Assembly (NCBI GenBank): GCA_051382335.1
Contig: JBBCAX010000220.1
Location: 1 to 26,931 of the forward strand
Origin: Deltaproteobacteria bacterium TL4
Lineage (GTDB): Bacteria > SAR324 > NAC60-12
Direction: 5' to 3'
Length of the DNA: 26,931 bases
Part shown: positions 18,260-26,931 of the stretch, one piece after another
How positions within the stretch are numbered: the stretch's first letter is position 1
Layout: each line of letters begins with the position of its first letter
Position numbers and translations under genes: made by a program
The notes under the pieces: generated by a model
What the model was told of the DNA's origin: nothing
Seen by the model: the letters and a program-made list of their open reading frames with translations, nothing else
The model's database searches: none

Positions 18260-18649
18260 TTATTCCTGAAGAACCGTTAGTTTTACCAGTTGTTCGTCAT
18301 AACTTTCGGTTTGACTTGAGAACCCGCTCCAATCAGGCGTGCTTTCCAAGGCCACTGAGACCAGGACTTCATGAAGTCCTGGTTCATCAAAAATCAGAGC
18401 ACACTTTTTTCTGGTTTGGCATGGACCATAGAACGCCCCATCCAGTTTCCAACTGATACGATCATAAGAGGAACCTGTCGCGTCAAACTCCACTCTCTGC
18501 TTCACCAAGATTTGTGTTGAAGGCCTGACCGCTAACTCCAGTTTTGCTTCGGGGGAGTCTGCGCATCCCCAGAGTCCTATAAAGGTGAGAGGCAAAACTA
18601 CTGGATAGAGCCAGGAATGTTGATTGCATTTCTTTATGATGCTAGTCAT
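18260..18649 (-). CDS. Putative lipoprotein with PKD-like domain
   Basis: Hydrophobic stretch ending LWGC; VEFDATGS...ISW...FDEPGLHEV. Confidence 0.65.
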   Translation of the reverse strand: MTSIIKKCNQHSWLYPVVLPLTFIGLWGCADSPEAKLELAVRPSTQILVKQRVEFDATGSSYDRISWKLDGAFYGPCQTRKKCALIFDEPGLHEVLVSVALESTPDWSGFSSQTESYDEQLVKLTVLQE

Positions 18650-18659
18650 AGGAGCCTGA

Positions 18660-19784
18660 ATGCGTATAAAAATTATTTATCTTAATCTGAGCCTATTGGT
18701 GTTTTCAACCGCTATTGTCTCAGGGATGTCCCCCAAAGAGGCTTACCGTCCCTTTGCGGTGGGTCCCCAACATCCCCTCTATTTCTCAGCGCCACTTTAT
18801 AGTCCCGACAGTGCTTTTACTGTGGGACAATTTAACAGCAGGGCTGAATTTTCCTATTATCACATTAATTTTTTTGGAAAGAGCATCAATGTGGGGCAGG
18901 ATGGACCAATCAATGACTCTCCCGTTCAATTTAAACCCTGCCAAGGCCTTTATGAAGAATTACCTGAATTTGAATGGAACTGTAAAAGTCAGGGCTATTC
19001 CATTCTACAAGACGGTGAGTATTTAAGGCGTACTTTCAATTTTCAATATGGACTCTTGGAGTCAATGGATGTTCAGTTCATCTACCGGGACATTTTTTTC
19101 AGAGGTGGGGAGCTGGATCAAATTATTGAAAGTTTTCATGATTCCATAGAAATCAGTAACGCTGGTAGAAAAGATTATGCACAAAATCAATTTGGAATTT
19201 ACCTGTGGGATAACAAACAACAGGAATTGATTTATAATTTTTCTAAACCTGATCCCGGATATCAGCATGAGTCAAAAACGCTGGCTATTAAACTCAATCT
19301 CTTAGACTCCGAAAGTTTTGGCCTTGCCTTTAAGCTTGCGTCCTCTTATGGAGATTCCTACCTTCACAATCTGAATCAGGTTGAAACCTACAAACAATCC
19401 TCAAATGATTTTGAAGATCTCCTCGTTTCACTGGACACCAGCTATCTTGGGAACGCTTGGGCGTTTCATTTGGCTTACGCTCAAACCTTGTTGAAGGTTC
19501 CTATTTTCCCTAAATCGCCTCAAACCCTGGTATTCAAGTTTGTTGGCTTGGTCTTTCAAATAAGCGATTCCACCTATTTCATGGTACAAGACTTGTTTTA
19601 TTCGAGTCTTTTCCCCAAAGATGGCCGGGAAAATCTGCATTATGACTTACGTGAACGGACTGTAGGTTTTCGCTTTGCGTTCATAGAATTCTTGAACCTT
19701 GAAATAGGGCATGTGAATAATATTACCTATTCCGCCAATAACATCGATGCAGGGGGCTTTCTGAAACTGATTTTTGTTTTATAA
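18660..19784 (+). CDS. Putative outer-membrane beta-barrel protein (DUF3187-like)
   Basis: Signal peptide, DGE..R, GGELDQIIESFHD; RBS GGAG. Confidence 0.65.
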   Translation: MRIKIIYLNLSLLVFSTAIVSGMSPKEAYRPFAVGPQHPLYFSAPLYSPDSAFTVGQFNSRAEFSYYHINFFGKSINVGQDGPINDSPVQFKPCQGLYEELPEFEWNCKSQGYSILQDGEYLRRTFNFQYGLLESMDVQFIYRDIFFRGGELDQIIESFHDSIEISNAGRKDYAQNQFGIYLWDNKQQELIYNFSKPDPGYQHESKTLAIKLNLLDSESFGLAFKLASSYGDSYLHNLNQVETYKQSSNDFEDLLVSLDTSYLGNAWAFHLAYAQTLLKVPIFPKSPQTLVFKFVGLVFQISDSTYFMVQDLFYSSLFPKDGRENLHYDLRERTVGFRFAFIEFLNLEIGHVNNITYSANNIDAGGFLKLIFVL

Positions 19785-19917
19785 TTGGGTACTTCTATTA
19801 TCGGAATAGAATTGAATTACTTTAATTTTTGTCATCATCGGGTAATCAAAGAGAGGAGCGGATAGTGGTGCTGTGGTAGGGAAAATAGACTTCTTCTATC
19901 CGGATTGGGGAAGCTAT

Positions 19918-20367
19918 TCAAGTTGGTAATTTTTCCAAATCATCTAAATCTTTATGTCGTCCACTTGACAATTTATTTATTCTTAAGTGTGGCAAACTGA
20001 TCAATGATATCTCGACACCATCAATAGTGTCACAAACTCTGTCAGCATAACAGGTTTCAAACTCAACCCCGGAAATTGATGTCAACACTTCAATTCGAAT
20101 TGGCGGCAAACCCATTCGAATAATTTTATCTTTCTGCAAGAATAGCTCAGGCGTCAAATCGGCTTCTTTAAAACCAAACTGATGTAAGACTGAGACTAAC
20201 CTTTTTGCATTGTCCTCATGAATTGCGACCCAAATATCCATATCGTTTGTTGCTCGAGGATATCCATGATACCCAACGGCATATCCTCCAATCAATAAAT
20301 ACGCCACTGCTTGTTCGTTAAGCAATCTCAAAAACTCTTTGAAGTCGTTGGGTAGTACGAAATCCAT
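19918..20367 (-). CDS. Nucleotidyltransferase-fold protein (DUF6036-like, TA-associated)
   Basis: YLLIGGYAVGYHGYPRATNDMDIW and NKLSSGRHKDLDDLE. Confidence 0.85.
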   Translation of the reverse strand: MDFVLPNDFKEFLRLLNEQAVAYLLIGGYAVGYHGYPRATNDMDIWVAIHEDNAKRLVSVLHQFGFKEADLTPELFLQKDKIIRMGLPPIRIEVLTSISGVEFETCYADRVCDTIDGVEISLISLPHLRINKLSSGRHKDLDDLEKLPT

Positions 20368-20512
20368 AATTCATCCTGCGTAAACGTTCCATGTGCATTA
20401 ATCGTTCTTTAGGCGGCTTTTTAGACCAATAGATTTTTTCCTCAGAATCTTCAAATTCAGAAGATACAGAAAATAAGGTTTTATCCAGTTTTAACTCCTC
20501 CGTTTGTATCAT
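20318..20512 (-). CDS. Small partner protein of the nucleotidyltransferase (putative antitoxin)
   Basis: LDKTLFSV...YWSKKPPKERLMHMERLRRMNYG...RLQRVFE; RBS AGGAG; overlaps the NTase gene. Confidence 0.7.
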   Translation of the reverse strand: MIQTEELKLDKTLFSVSSEFEDSEEKIYWSKKPPKERLMHMERLRRMNYGFRTTQRLQRVFEIA

Positions 20513-20564
20513 CGCAATACTCCTGTTTTTGATATGAATCTAGCACATGTCAAGCATGACCTGC

Positions 20565-20642
20565 ACCTGTTTGATCAATTCGCGTGTTGAGCAATTTTGT
20601 ATGTAAAAAAATTGCTGTTGGGAGTCCGATCAACGCGTTTGT
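20565..20642 (-). mobile_element. Degenerate attC-like hairpin
   Basis: Minus strand reads ACAAACGCGTTGATC...AGCAATTTT...AAAATTGCT...GATCAAAC. It is co-oriented with and upstream of the TA pair. Confidence 0.45.
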
Positions 20643-20690
20643 GTGTGCCCTGCATGGGCATGAACATAAGAGTTTAAGTCCCCTGAACAT
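20643..20690 (+). mobile_element. 5' fragment of a group IIC intron
   Basis: TTGT|GTGTGCCCTGCATGGGCATG...AAGTCCC resembles the IIC 5' end (GUGUGCCCGGCAUGGG...AGUCCC). No RT or domain V was seen. Confidence 0.65.
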
Positions 20691-20765
20691 GATGCGAAAT
20701 ATTGTGAAAGATTATTATCATGATTTTATCAAAAAGTAATCTCCATAAAAATTTATAGCAGTCAA

Positions 20766-22277
20766 CTATTCGTCGGACGTGTTAGTTTTAAAAAATCCTA
20801 TGGTATTCAACAAACTGGAAGCCAACGATGAAAGTTGAGAAGCCGCAGATGAAAATTGTTCCGAAACTTGAGAATTGCGTTGGGAGACGGTAGCAACTGT
20901 GATTATGGCTTGGTTAATTTGCTTCATTCCGATATTCTGTTCATTAGTCGCGTTACTTATTTCAAGCGTGAGTTCCAGAGTCTTTTGAATTTCTGGAACC
21001 AATTGACTGATCATTTTTGTGGCGTTATCCGCTACACAAATACTTTTTTTGGATAGTGCCGTGATTGCCACTGCGGCATTCTGACTTTTTTCCGCTAATT
21101 TTCGAACTTCCACCGCAACCACAGCAAATCCTTTTCCGAGGTCTCCTGCTCGGGCTGCTTCAATTGCAGCGTTTAACGCTAGAATATTGGTCTGCCTAGC
21201 AATATCTTCCATTACTACAATTCGTTCCACAATTTCTCTCATCGAGTTTGTAGCTTCAGTTACTGCTTTAGCGGAGATTTGAGTCGTCTCTGCCGTGTTT
21301 TTAGTGATTTTTTCAGCCTCTATGGAATTTGCGTTGTTTTGATTGACAAGTGAGGCCATTTCTTGCATCGATGCAGACAATTCTTCAGTTGATGAGGCCT
21401 GTTCTAAGGCTCCACTTGCTAATTCAAGCGAATTGGTTTTTATGGTTTCACTACCAGAAACAACCTTTTTTGCCACATTTTCTACCTGAATAATCATCTT
21501 TCTTTGGCTAGTCACCATCTGATTCAAGGCGTCTGCAAGTTTACCAATTTCATCTGAACGTTGAATGTTAACGCTCGTTGTCAGATTACCGCTTGAGACT
21601 TCCTCAGCTAAATCCACACTTTTTTTCAATGGATTTACAATACTGCGCATGATCAAGTAGGTGACGAGAATACCCACAAAAAGGCCTATCACACAAAAGA
21701 TAATACTTAACCAAAACAAGTTGGATAACTCTGCTTGAACTGCGTCCGTTGAGATTTTCAAAACAAATCCCCCCAACACACTTCGGCTTGAACCATGACA
21801 ATGATGACACTGTTCCTTGTTTATAATTGGAATAACGGTTGAATAATAATGATGATCTTTGATATTTAACTCTAACCCCTCTTTATTATATTGTCCCGTC
21901 TTTAACGATTGACTTACAAAGTCATGTAACAGACTGTTGTAGCCAACGTCAGATAAAGATCGGTTTTTAAATTTTTCCTCTGAAGTCCAGATGATTTTTT
22001 GATCAAAGTCTGTTATATGAAATTCCGCATCCTTCATCTGGCTTTTAAGATTTACAATGGTTTCTTGTACCATCTCACTTTTCCCATATCTCATGGGCAA
22101 ATAGACAGAATTTAAAATTGTGTTGGACAACAATCCTCCACTTCTTTTTATCTCATTCTTAAAGGCTACTTGTTGCCCCCTAATATTTAATAAAATGATC
22201 ACAGTAACAATCAGAAAAATTAATAAAGAGATACTGGTAATAAGCTTGTATTGTAAACTCGTCTTTATGAAAAACAT
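20766..22277 (-). CDS. Methyl-accepting chemotaxis protein with periplasmic c-heme motif
   Basis: Two TM helices, periplasmic CHHCH, HAMP ([15 protein letters not shown]), [20 protein letters not shown]. Confidence 0.95.
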   Translation of the reverse strand: MFFIKTSLQYKLITSISLLIFLIVTVIILLNIRGQQVAFKNEIKRSGGLLSNTILNSVYLPMRYGKSEMVQETIVNLKSQMKDAEFHITDFDQKIIWTSEEKFKNRSLSDVGYNSLLHDFVSQSLKTGQYNKEGLELNIKDHHYYSTVIPIINKEQCHHCHGSSRSVLGGFVLKISTDAVQAELSNLFWLSIIFCVIGLFVGILVTYLIMRSIVNPLKKSVDLAEEVSSGNLTTSVNIQRSDEIGKLADALNQMVTSQRKMIIQVENVAKKVVSGSETIKTNSLELASGALEQASSTEELSASMQEMASLVNQNNANSIEAEKITKNTAETTQISAKAVTEATNSMREIVERIVVMEDIARQTNILALNAAIEAARAGDLGKGFAVVAVEVRKLAEKSQNAAVAITALSKKSICVADNATKMISQLVPEIQKTLELTLEISNATNEQNIGMKQINQAIITVATVSQRNSQVSEQFSSAASQLSSLASSLLNTIGFFKTNTSDE

Positions 22278-22308
22278 GTTTTCCCATTGGACTAATTGTT
22301 ATCAGCCG

Positions 22309-22806
22309 TTAGTGAACGCCGCCATGGATCATCGGCTTAAGGTGAAAGGACTGTACTTTCTGTTCAATATGGCAGATGTTACAATCTTCTTCTGTTAATT
22401 CCCATTGGATATCAGATTGTTCCTCAGTTTTCACGTGAATATCACCGGGGCCATGACATGATTCACAGCCATTGTTTTGCAAAACTGGTGTTTTTTCCTC
22501 TGAGTAAAAGCCACCCGGTTTGCCATAGCCTGTTGTGTGGCAACCAAGACACTTTTCAAACTCTTCCGGAGTCAATCCCTTTCTTAATTTTTTTACATTC
22601 TGGAAGGATCGACTCATTTTTGAAAACTTGAAGAAATTCTGATATTCCGTTTCGTGGCAATCCTTACAAACATCGGAACCTACATAAGTATTGGGGGTTT
22701 CTGAATAAACCGGGCTGCTAGAAAATATCAAAAACAAGGCCAGGCTAAGCTGTATCAAGGTGGTAGGAATGTGGTAACAAAAATTTACCAAGGCGTTGTT
22801 GTTCAT
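22309..22806 (-). CDS. Tetraheme cytochrome c (c554-like family)
   Basis: Signal peptide; YVGSDVCKDCH, CLGCHTTG, GCESCHGPG, CNICH. Confidence 0.92.
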   Translation of the reverse strand: MNNNALVNFCYHIPTTLIQLSLALFLIFSSSPVYSETPNTYVGSDVCKDCHETEYQNFFKFSKMSRSFQNVKKLRKGLTPEEFEKCLGCHTTGYGKPGGFYSEEKTPVLQNNGCESCHGPGDIHVKTEEQSDIQWELTEEDCNICHIEQKVQSFHLKPMIHGGVH

Positions 22807-23121
22807 CTATCACTCTTAGGTCTGTCAGGTTGAAAAATTATTGTGGATTTGCGCCATGAGAAATATAGTTGGCCACTAACACACGAAAATTGCAAAGTCA
22901 AGAGGCACTCTGCCTGTATAAGCATTTCCCGTGCTGATGGAAAACCAGGATAAAGCTTGCTGTAGAAAAAGACGCTGCTTCAAATTTTATGAGACCCGTG
23001 TTGCGTTTAATACGGGATTATGGTTTAAACCAGTAGGGGGTAATGACCTTGATGCTCACTGGCAGAGAAGTCTTTGTCACTGAGAACGAACATCAAGAGA
23101 GGCAAAAGAAGAGTTAAAAAC

Positions 23122-25674
23122 ATGCAAAAATTAAAATATAAAATCGAAGCCCTGTTAGTGCGGTATTCCCATTGGATTTATGACAAGGCCTGGCGGGGTA
23201 TGGTGGTCCTTCTTCTGTTGACAGGAGTCTTAATCTCGCAACTCCCCTCAATCACTATGCTGTTCTCTTATGACTCCTTTTTTCCAAAGAAATCTTCGGT
23301 AATTCAGCAGTTTGAGGATTTTCGCAGGCAATTCGGGCGTGATGAAATCCTGATGGTGGGCATTCAATCTCCAGAAATCTTCAGTCAATCATTTTTAAAA
23401 CGATTAAAATCATTACATAATGAGCTTGCCGCGAAGGTGCCTTATGTTGAAGAAGTGACCAGTCTGGTCAATGTAACCTCAATTCAAGGAGAGGATGGCG
23501 GGCTTAAAGTCACAAAGCTCATGGACGATTGGCCCGAAACAGAACAGGAATTAGAAGCCTTTAAGCAACAGGTGTTGAAGCATCCGGGATATCGGAATGC
23601 CTTGATTTCTGAGGATGCTTCCATGGTTGCGATTGTTTTGCGTCCGTATGCCTACTCTCCGGCGAAGGAAGAGGCGAAGAATGAACCGGAGCTTGAGGGT
23701 GAAGACAATTTTGAAAACACGGAGAGTCTTGCCCATCAGAATTCTGAAGACGAAGAGGGTGAGGATGTTGAGGACGAAGACAGTGAGGAAAGTGACGATT
23801 TTGGCGAACCCCTCAGCAAACCTAGTTCCAAACCGCCTGCATCCAAGATTTTTGATTTTTTGAAAAAGGAAGAGCTCAAACAATTATCGAATCAGGAAAA
23901 CGCTGAATTTATTGAAGCGATCCGAAAGATTGTAGCAACTTATCAAGGACCTGATTTCCAAGTATTTATTGCGGGGAGTCCGGCTTTGACCTATTGGTTC
24001 CTACGCTCGGTTGCTCATGATACCCCCCTTTTCATCTTGGTGACGATTGGGTCCATCGCTTTATGCCAATTATTGATTTTTAGACGAGTCTCCGGATTTT
24101 TACTGCCTTTGCTGATTGTGATTCTTTCTTTAGGGGCGACGCTTGGCCTGATGGCCCTCTTTGGTGTTCCTGTCACTCCTTTGTCACAAGCCTTACCTTC
24201 AATCCTTTTAGCGATTGGAATTGGAGATTCTGTTCATTTTCTGACGGGATTCTATCACCATTTAGAACTAACAGGAGACAAACGGGAATCTATCGCTTAT
24301 TCCCTAAGTCGTAACGGGATAGCCATGGTAATGACTTCTTTAACCACTGCGGGAGGTCTTTTATCCTTTATGAACGCTTCGATCCCACCCATTGTGGAAC
24401 TTGGCCTCTTTGGCGCAATAGGCGTGATGATTTCTCTGTTCTTTACCTTCACGCTGCTGCCCTTTATTATGATTGTGGTTCCCCTTAAATCCAAACAATC
24501 CCATTTTGTGCCAAAAGTCGTGGAACAGGTGTTAAAGTCCCTTGGAGAACTGGCGATTACTCACCCTTGGAAAGCGATCATCGGTGCCATGGTCGCGGGC
24601 ATTTTGGGGGCGCTCAGCATGACTCAACTGGAATTTAGGCACAATACTTTGGAATGGTTTCCGGAACATTCAGAAATACGAGTAGGAACCAAAGCGATTG
24701 ATAAACACATGAAAGGCGCGGTCTCGATTGAAATCTTGGTGGATACGCAAAAAGAGAATGGGCTCTATGAACCTAAAATTATGAATGGTTTGGAAGCCAT
24801 CAACCAATTTGCGGAAGCGTTTCATGAGAAGGGGTTGTTTATTGGCAAAGCCAGTTCCATTGTCAATATTTTGAAGGAAATCCATCAAGGCTTAAATGAT
24901 AATCGTCCTGAGTTCTACGTTGTTCCTCAAGACCGTCAGTTAATTACTCAAGAGTTATTTCTTTTTCAAAATAGTGGAAGTTCTGAACTCGAAAAGAAAG
25001 TGGACACTTTGTTCAGTAAAGCCAGAGTCACGTTAAGATTGCCACGCTTGGAAGCAAAAGAATACTCGCTCATCCTGGATGTTTTTGACAAAGAATTTCA
25101 TAAAGTTTTTGGTGAGGATGTTAAAATAACCATAACAGGAGCCGCAGTATTATTAGAGCAGAATTTCAATAATGTGATTTATTCGATGGTTCGGAGTTAT
25201 TTAGCCGCGGGGATCGTGATTACGCTTCTGATGCTGCTCCTGATTGGCAGAATTCGTTTGGGATTCCTGAGTATTCTTCCTAATTTTTTACCCATCATTG
25301 TCGGATTGGGAATGATCAGTTTATTGGGAATGTCCATTGACCTTTCCTCCATTATGATTGGAAGTATCGTCATGGGGTTGGTTGTGGATAATACCATTCA
25401 TTTCATGCATAATTATCAACGTTATTTTTACGAAACTCAGGATGCGGCGCAAGCGATTCGTTTAACCCTGCAAACTTCAGGAAGAGCTATGTTTTTTACA
25501 ACGGTGATTATGGCTGTTGGCTTTTTTATTTTAATGCTGTCGGAGATGGGCTACATCTTTGATTTTGGTTTTATGGCAGGGTTTACCGTCTTATTTGCGT
25601 TGATTGTCGATTTGTTAGTCACTCCCGCCTTGATGGTATTAGCCGCTCGTTATTCCTGGTTATTATCTCGTTAG
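23122..25674 (+). CDS. MMPL/RND-superfamily transporter
   Basis: Two halves with AIGIGDSVH...TSLTTAGGL and GLVVDNTIH...TTVIM. ATG 23122 is preferred over TTG 23074. Confidence 0.92.
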   Translation: MQKLKYKIEALLVRYSHWIYDKAWRGMVVLLLLTGVLISQLPSITMLFSYDSFFPKKSSVIQQFEDFRRQFGRDEILMVGIQSPEIFSQSFLKRLKSLHNELAAKVPYVEEVTSLVNVTSIQGEDGGLKVTKLMDDWPETEQELEAFKQQVLKHPGYRNALISEDASMVAIVLRPYAYSPAKEEAKNEPELEGEDNFENTESLAHQNSEDEEGEDVEDEDSEESDDFGEPLSKPSSKPPASKIFDFLKKEELKQLSNQENAEFIEAIRKIVATYQGPDFQVFIAGSPALTYWFLRSVAHDTPLFILVTIGSIALCQLLIFRRVSGFLLPLLIVILSLGATLGLMALFGVPVTPLSQALPSILLAIGIGDSVHFLTGFYHHLELTGDKRESIAYSLSRNGIAMVMTSLTTAGGLLSFMNASIPPIVELGLFGAIGVMISLFFTFTLLPFIMIVVPLKSKQSHFVPKVVEQVLKSLGELAITHPWKAIIGAMVAGILGALSMTQLEFRHNTLEWFPEHSEIRVGTKAIDKHMKGAVSIEILVDTQKENGLYEPKIMNGLEAINQFAEAFHEKGLFIGKASSIVNILKEIHQGLNDNRPEFYVVPQDRQLITQELFLFQNSGSSELEKKVDTLFSKARVTLRLPRLEAKEYSLILDVFDKEFHKVFGEDVKITITGAAVLLEQNFNNVIYSMVRSYLAAGIVITLLMLLLIGRIRLGFLSILPNFLPIIVGLGMISLLGMSIDLSSIMIGSIVMGLVVDNTIHFMHNYQRYFYETQDAAQAIRLTLQTSGRAMFFTTVIMAVGFFILMLSEMGYIFDFGFMAGFTVLFALIVDLLVTPALMVLAARYSWLLSR

Positions 25675-25675
25675 G

Positions 25676-25843
25676 AGGCTGTCCGGGAATAGCAGGTGAA
25701 TTCGTAGGGTGGGTTAGCCGCAAGGCGTAACCCACCAAAAACCATGTATTTTGGAGCAAAATGAAGCGTTTCGTATTTAAATTGGTGGGTTACGACTTCG
25801 CTTTGGCTCAGTCTAACCCACCCTACGAGTTCACGGACAACCT
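25676..25843. mobile_element. GTAG-type REP inverted pair (REPIN) nested in IS-like terminal inverted repeats
   Basis: GTAGGGTGGGTTAG..CGTAACCCACC (25704-25736) and GGTGGGTTACG..CTAACCCACCCTAC (25784-25826). Outer IRs AGGCTGTCCGGGAA / TTCACGGACAACCT match 12/14. Confidence 0.8.
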
Positions 25844-25900
25844 ACCAGGGAAAACCATCCCGGAAAAAAGAATCATAATTTAATTAATATTAGGAGCTTT

Positions 25901-26692
25901 ATGAAGATTACAATGCTGGGTCATGCCACGTTACTGATTGAGATGGAAGGGAAGACCATACTGACGGATCCTTGGCTGACTGATCCACTTTACTGGGGGC
26001 AGTTGGAACACTCTGGCTCATTTCAAAAAATGGAGGAATTACCTCCTCTGGATCTTGTTTTGGTTTCACATGGTCATCAGGATCATTTCGATCCGGGGAC
26101 CTTAAGTAAAATCTCAAAAGATACCCCTATCATCATTTACAAAAGTTACAAACAAGCGGCCAAAAAAGCAGGCTTCAAAGAAATCATTGCGGTAAGGCAC
26201 GGTGACACTTATGACTTGGAGGATCTCAGAGTCCATGCCTTATCCAGTAAACATCCTGGGGGAATTGCGACCTATATTATTGAGAGTCGTAAGGAAAAGC
26301 TTTATTTTGGCGGGGATGCGGAATACACGGGTCAACTGGAAAAGGCCTTAAACTCTTTTAAACCTGAGGTATGCTTAATGCCTATTTCCGGAGGCAGTCT
26401 TGGATTCATTCATTTTCATATGGGAGTCCGTGAAGCCGCGCGTCTTGTCAAAGCGGCAGAAGCAAAAATTGCGATTCCTATTCATTATCACTTCGAAATC
26501 AAGGGCTTGCTTTCGAAGCCCTTGATCCCTTTTACACAGAAGTTTTTGGAATATCCCAGAACAAAAATCAATCAGTTTCTGCTAAAAGAGAACTGTGTGA
26601 CCGCGTTCCAAAATTCGATCGCCGAACTTTCTCCAAACACCAAGGTAACCCTACTGGATTATAATGAATCCTGGCAAAGTCCTCATCATTGA
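25901..26692 (+). CDS. MBL-fold metallo-hydrolase (UlaG/NAPE-PLD-like)
   Basis: LGHATLLI, TDPW, SHGHQDH, YFGGD, AIPIHY. Confidence 0.92.
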   Translation: MKITMLGHATLLIEMEGKTILTDPWLTDPLYWGQLEHSGSFQKMEELPPLDLVLVSHGHQDHFDPGTLSKISKDTPIIIYKSYKQAAKKAGFKEIIAVRHGDTYDLEDLRVHALSSKHPGGIATYIIESRKEKLYFGGDAEYTGQLEKALNSFKPEVCLMPISGGSLGFIHFHMGVREAARLVKAAEAKIAIPIHYHFEIKGLLSKPLIPFTQKFLEYPRTKINQFLLKENCVTAFQNSIAELSPNTKVTLLDYNESWQSPHH

Positions 26693-26708
26693 TGGGGTAT
26701 AAAAAATT

Positions 26709-26732
26709 GCTCACGGATTTACACGGATAAAA
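26709..26732 (+). repeat. CACGGAT-type dispersed repeat
   Basis: GCTCACGGATTTACACGGATAAAA; second copy at 11951-11974 (-). Confidence 0.75.
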
Positions 26733-26771
26733 CTGGATAAAAAAAGGACTATCCACTTACCGGGGCACAGG

Positions 26772-26808
26772 GTAGGGTCTGTTAGTGAGCTTGCGAACGT
26801 AACGCGCC
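26772..26808 (+). repeat. Solo degenerate GTAG-type REP
   Basis: GTAGGGTCTGTTAG...CGTAACGCGCC has the same architecture as 25704-25736. Confidence 0.65.
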
Positions 26809-26827
26809 AGAACCTAAGGAGTTTCAA

Positions 26828-26931
26828 ATGAGCAAGAAAATAGATTGGCATCGTTTGATGGGCTTGATCCTTCAACCGATGTTTGAACGGTTTGGCTATG
26901 AAACCGAAGTTGAGGTGGACTTATCGTTCAA
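26828..26931 (+). CDS. Hypothetical protein, 3'-partial (possibly PD-(D/E)XK/Rpn-like)
   Basis: RBS AAGGAG, then MSKKIDWHRLMGLILQPMFERFGYETEVEVDLS..., open to the window end. Confidence 0.65.
   Translation, partial: MSKKIDWHRLMGLILQPMFERFGYETEVEVDLSF

Overview
Bacterial genomic window, fairly AT-rich; gene content suggests a deltaproteobacterial/SAR324-like lineage (inference only). (1) 1-237 is the 3' end of a DUF1566/Lcl gene whose last ~140 bp look like the variable region (VR) of a diversity-generating retroelement (DGR); no template repeat or reverse transcriptase was seen in the window. (2) 276-1046 is a nested array of GGAG-type REP palindromes. (3) 1050-3960 is a decay zone with three half-deleted toxin-antitoxin (TA) pairs, an attC-like site, a truncated FadL-like gene and a RAYT-like transposase stub. 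(4) Housekeeping genes follow: infA, a lone mreB and an NAD-dependent epimerase. (5) 8122-15840 is the main candidate for a new system: an operon divergent from an AraC-family gene, encoding an atypical crotonase, a long acyl-CoA dehydrogenase, a GCVE-type glycyl radical enzyme (GRE), an SCP2-like lipid-binding protein and the GRE activase. This suggests radical chemistry on a lipid or acyl-CoA substrate. (6) More TA modules follow (DUF4258/YgiT Zn-finger, HipBA-like, nucleotidyltransferase pair), plus a group IIC intron stub inserted in a degenerate attC. (7) The window ends with a tetraheme cytochrome c and heme-binding MCP pair, an MMPL/RND transporter, an MBL hydrolase and a partial ORF. 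All family calls come from motif recognition by eye; no searches were run.
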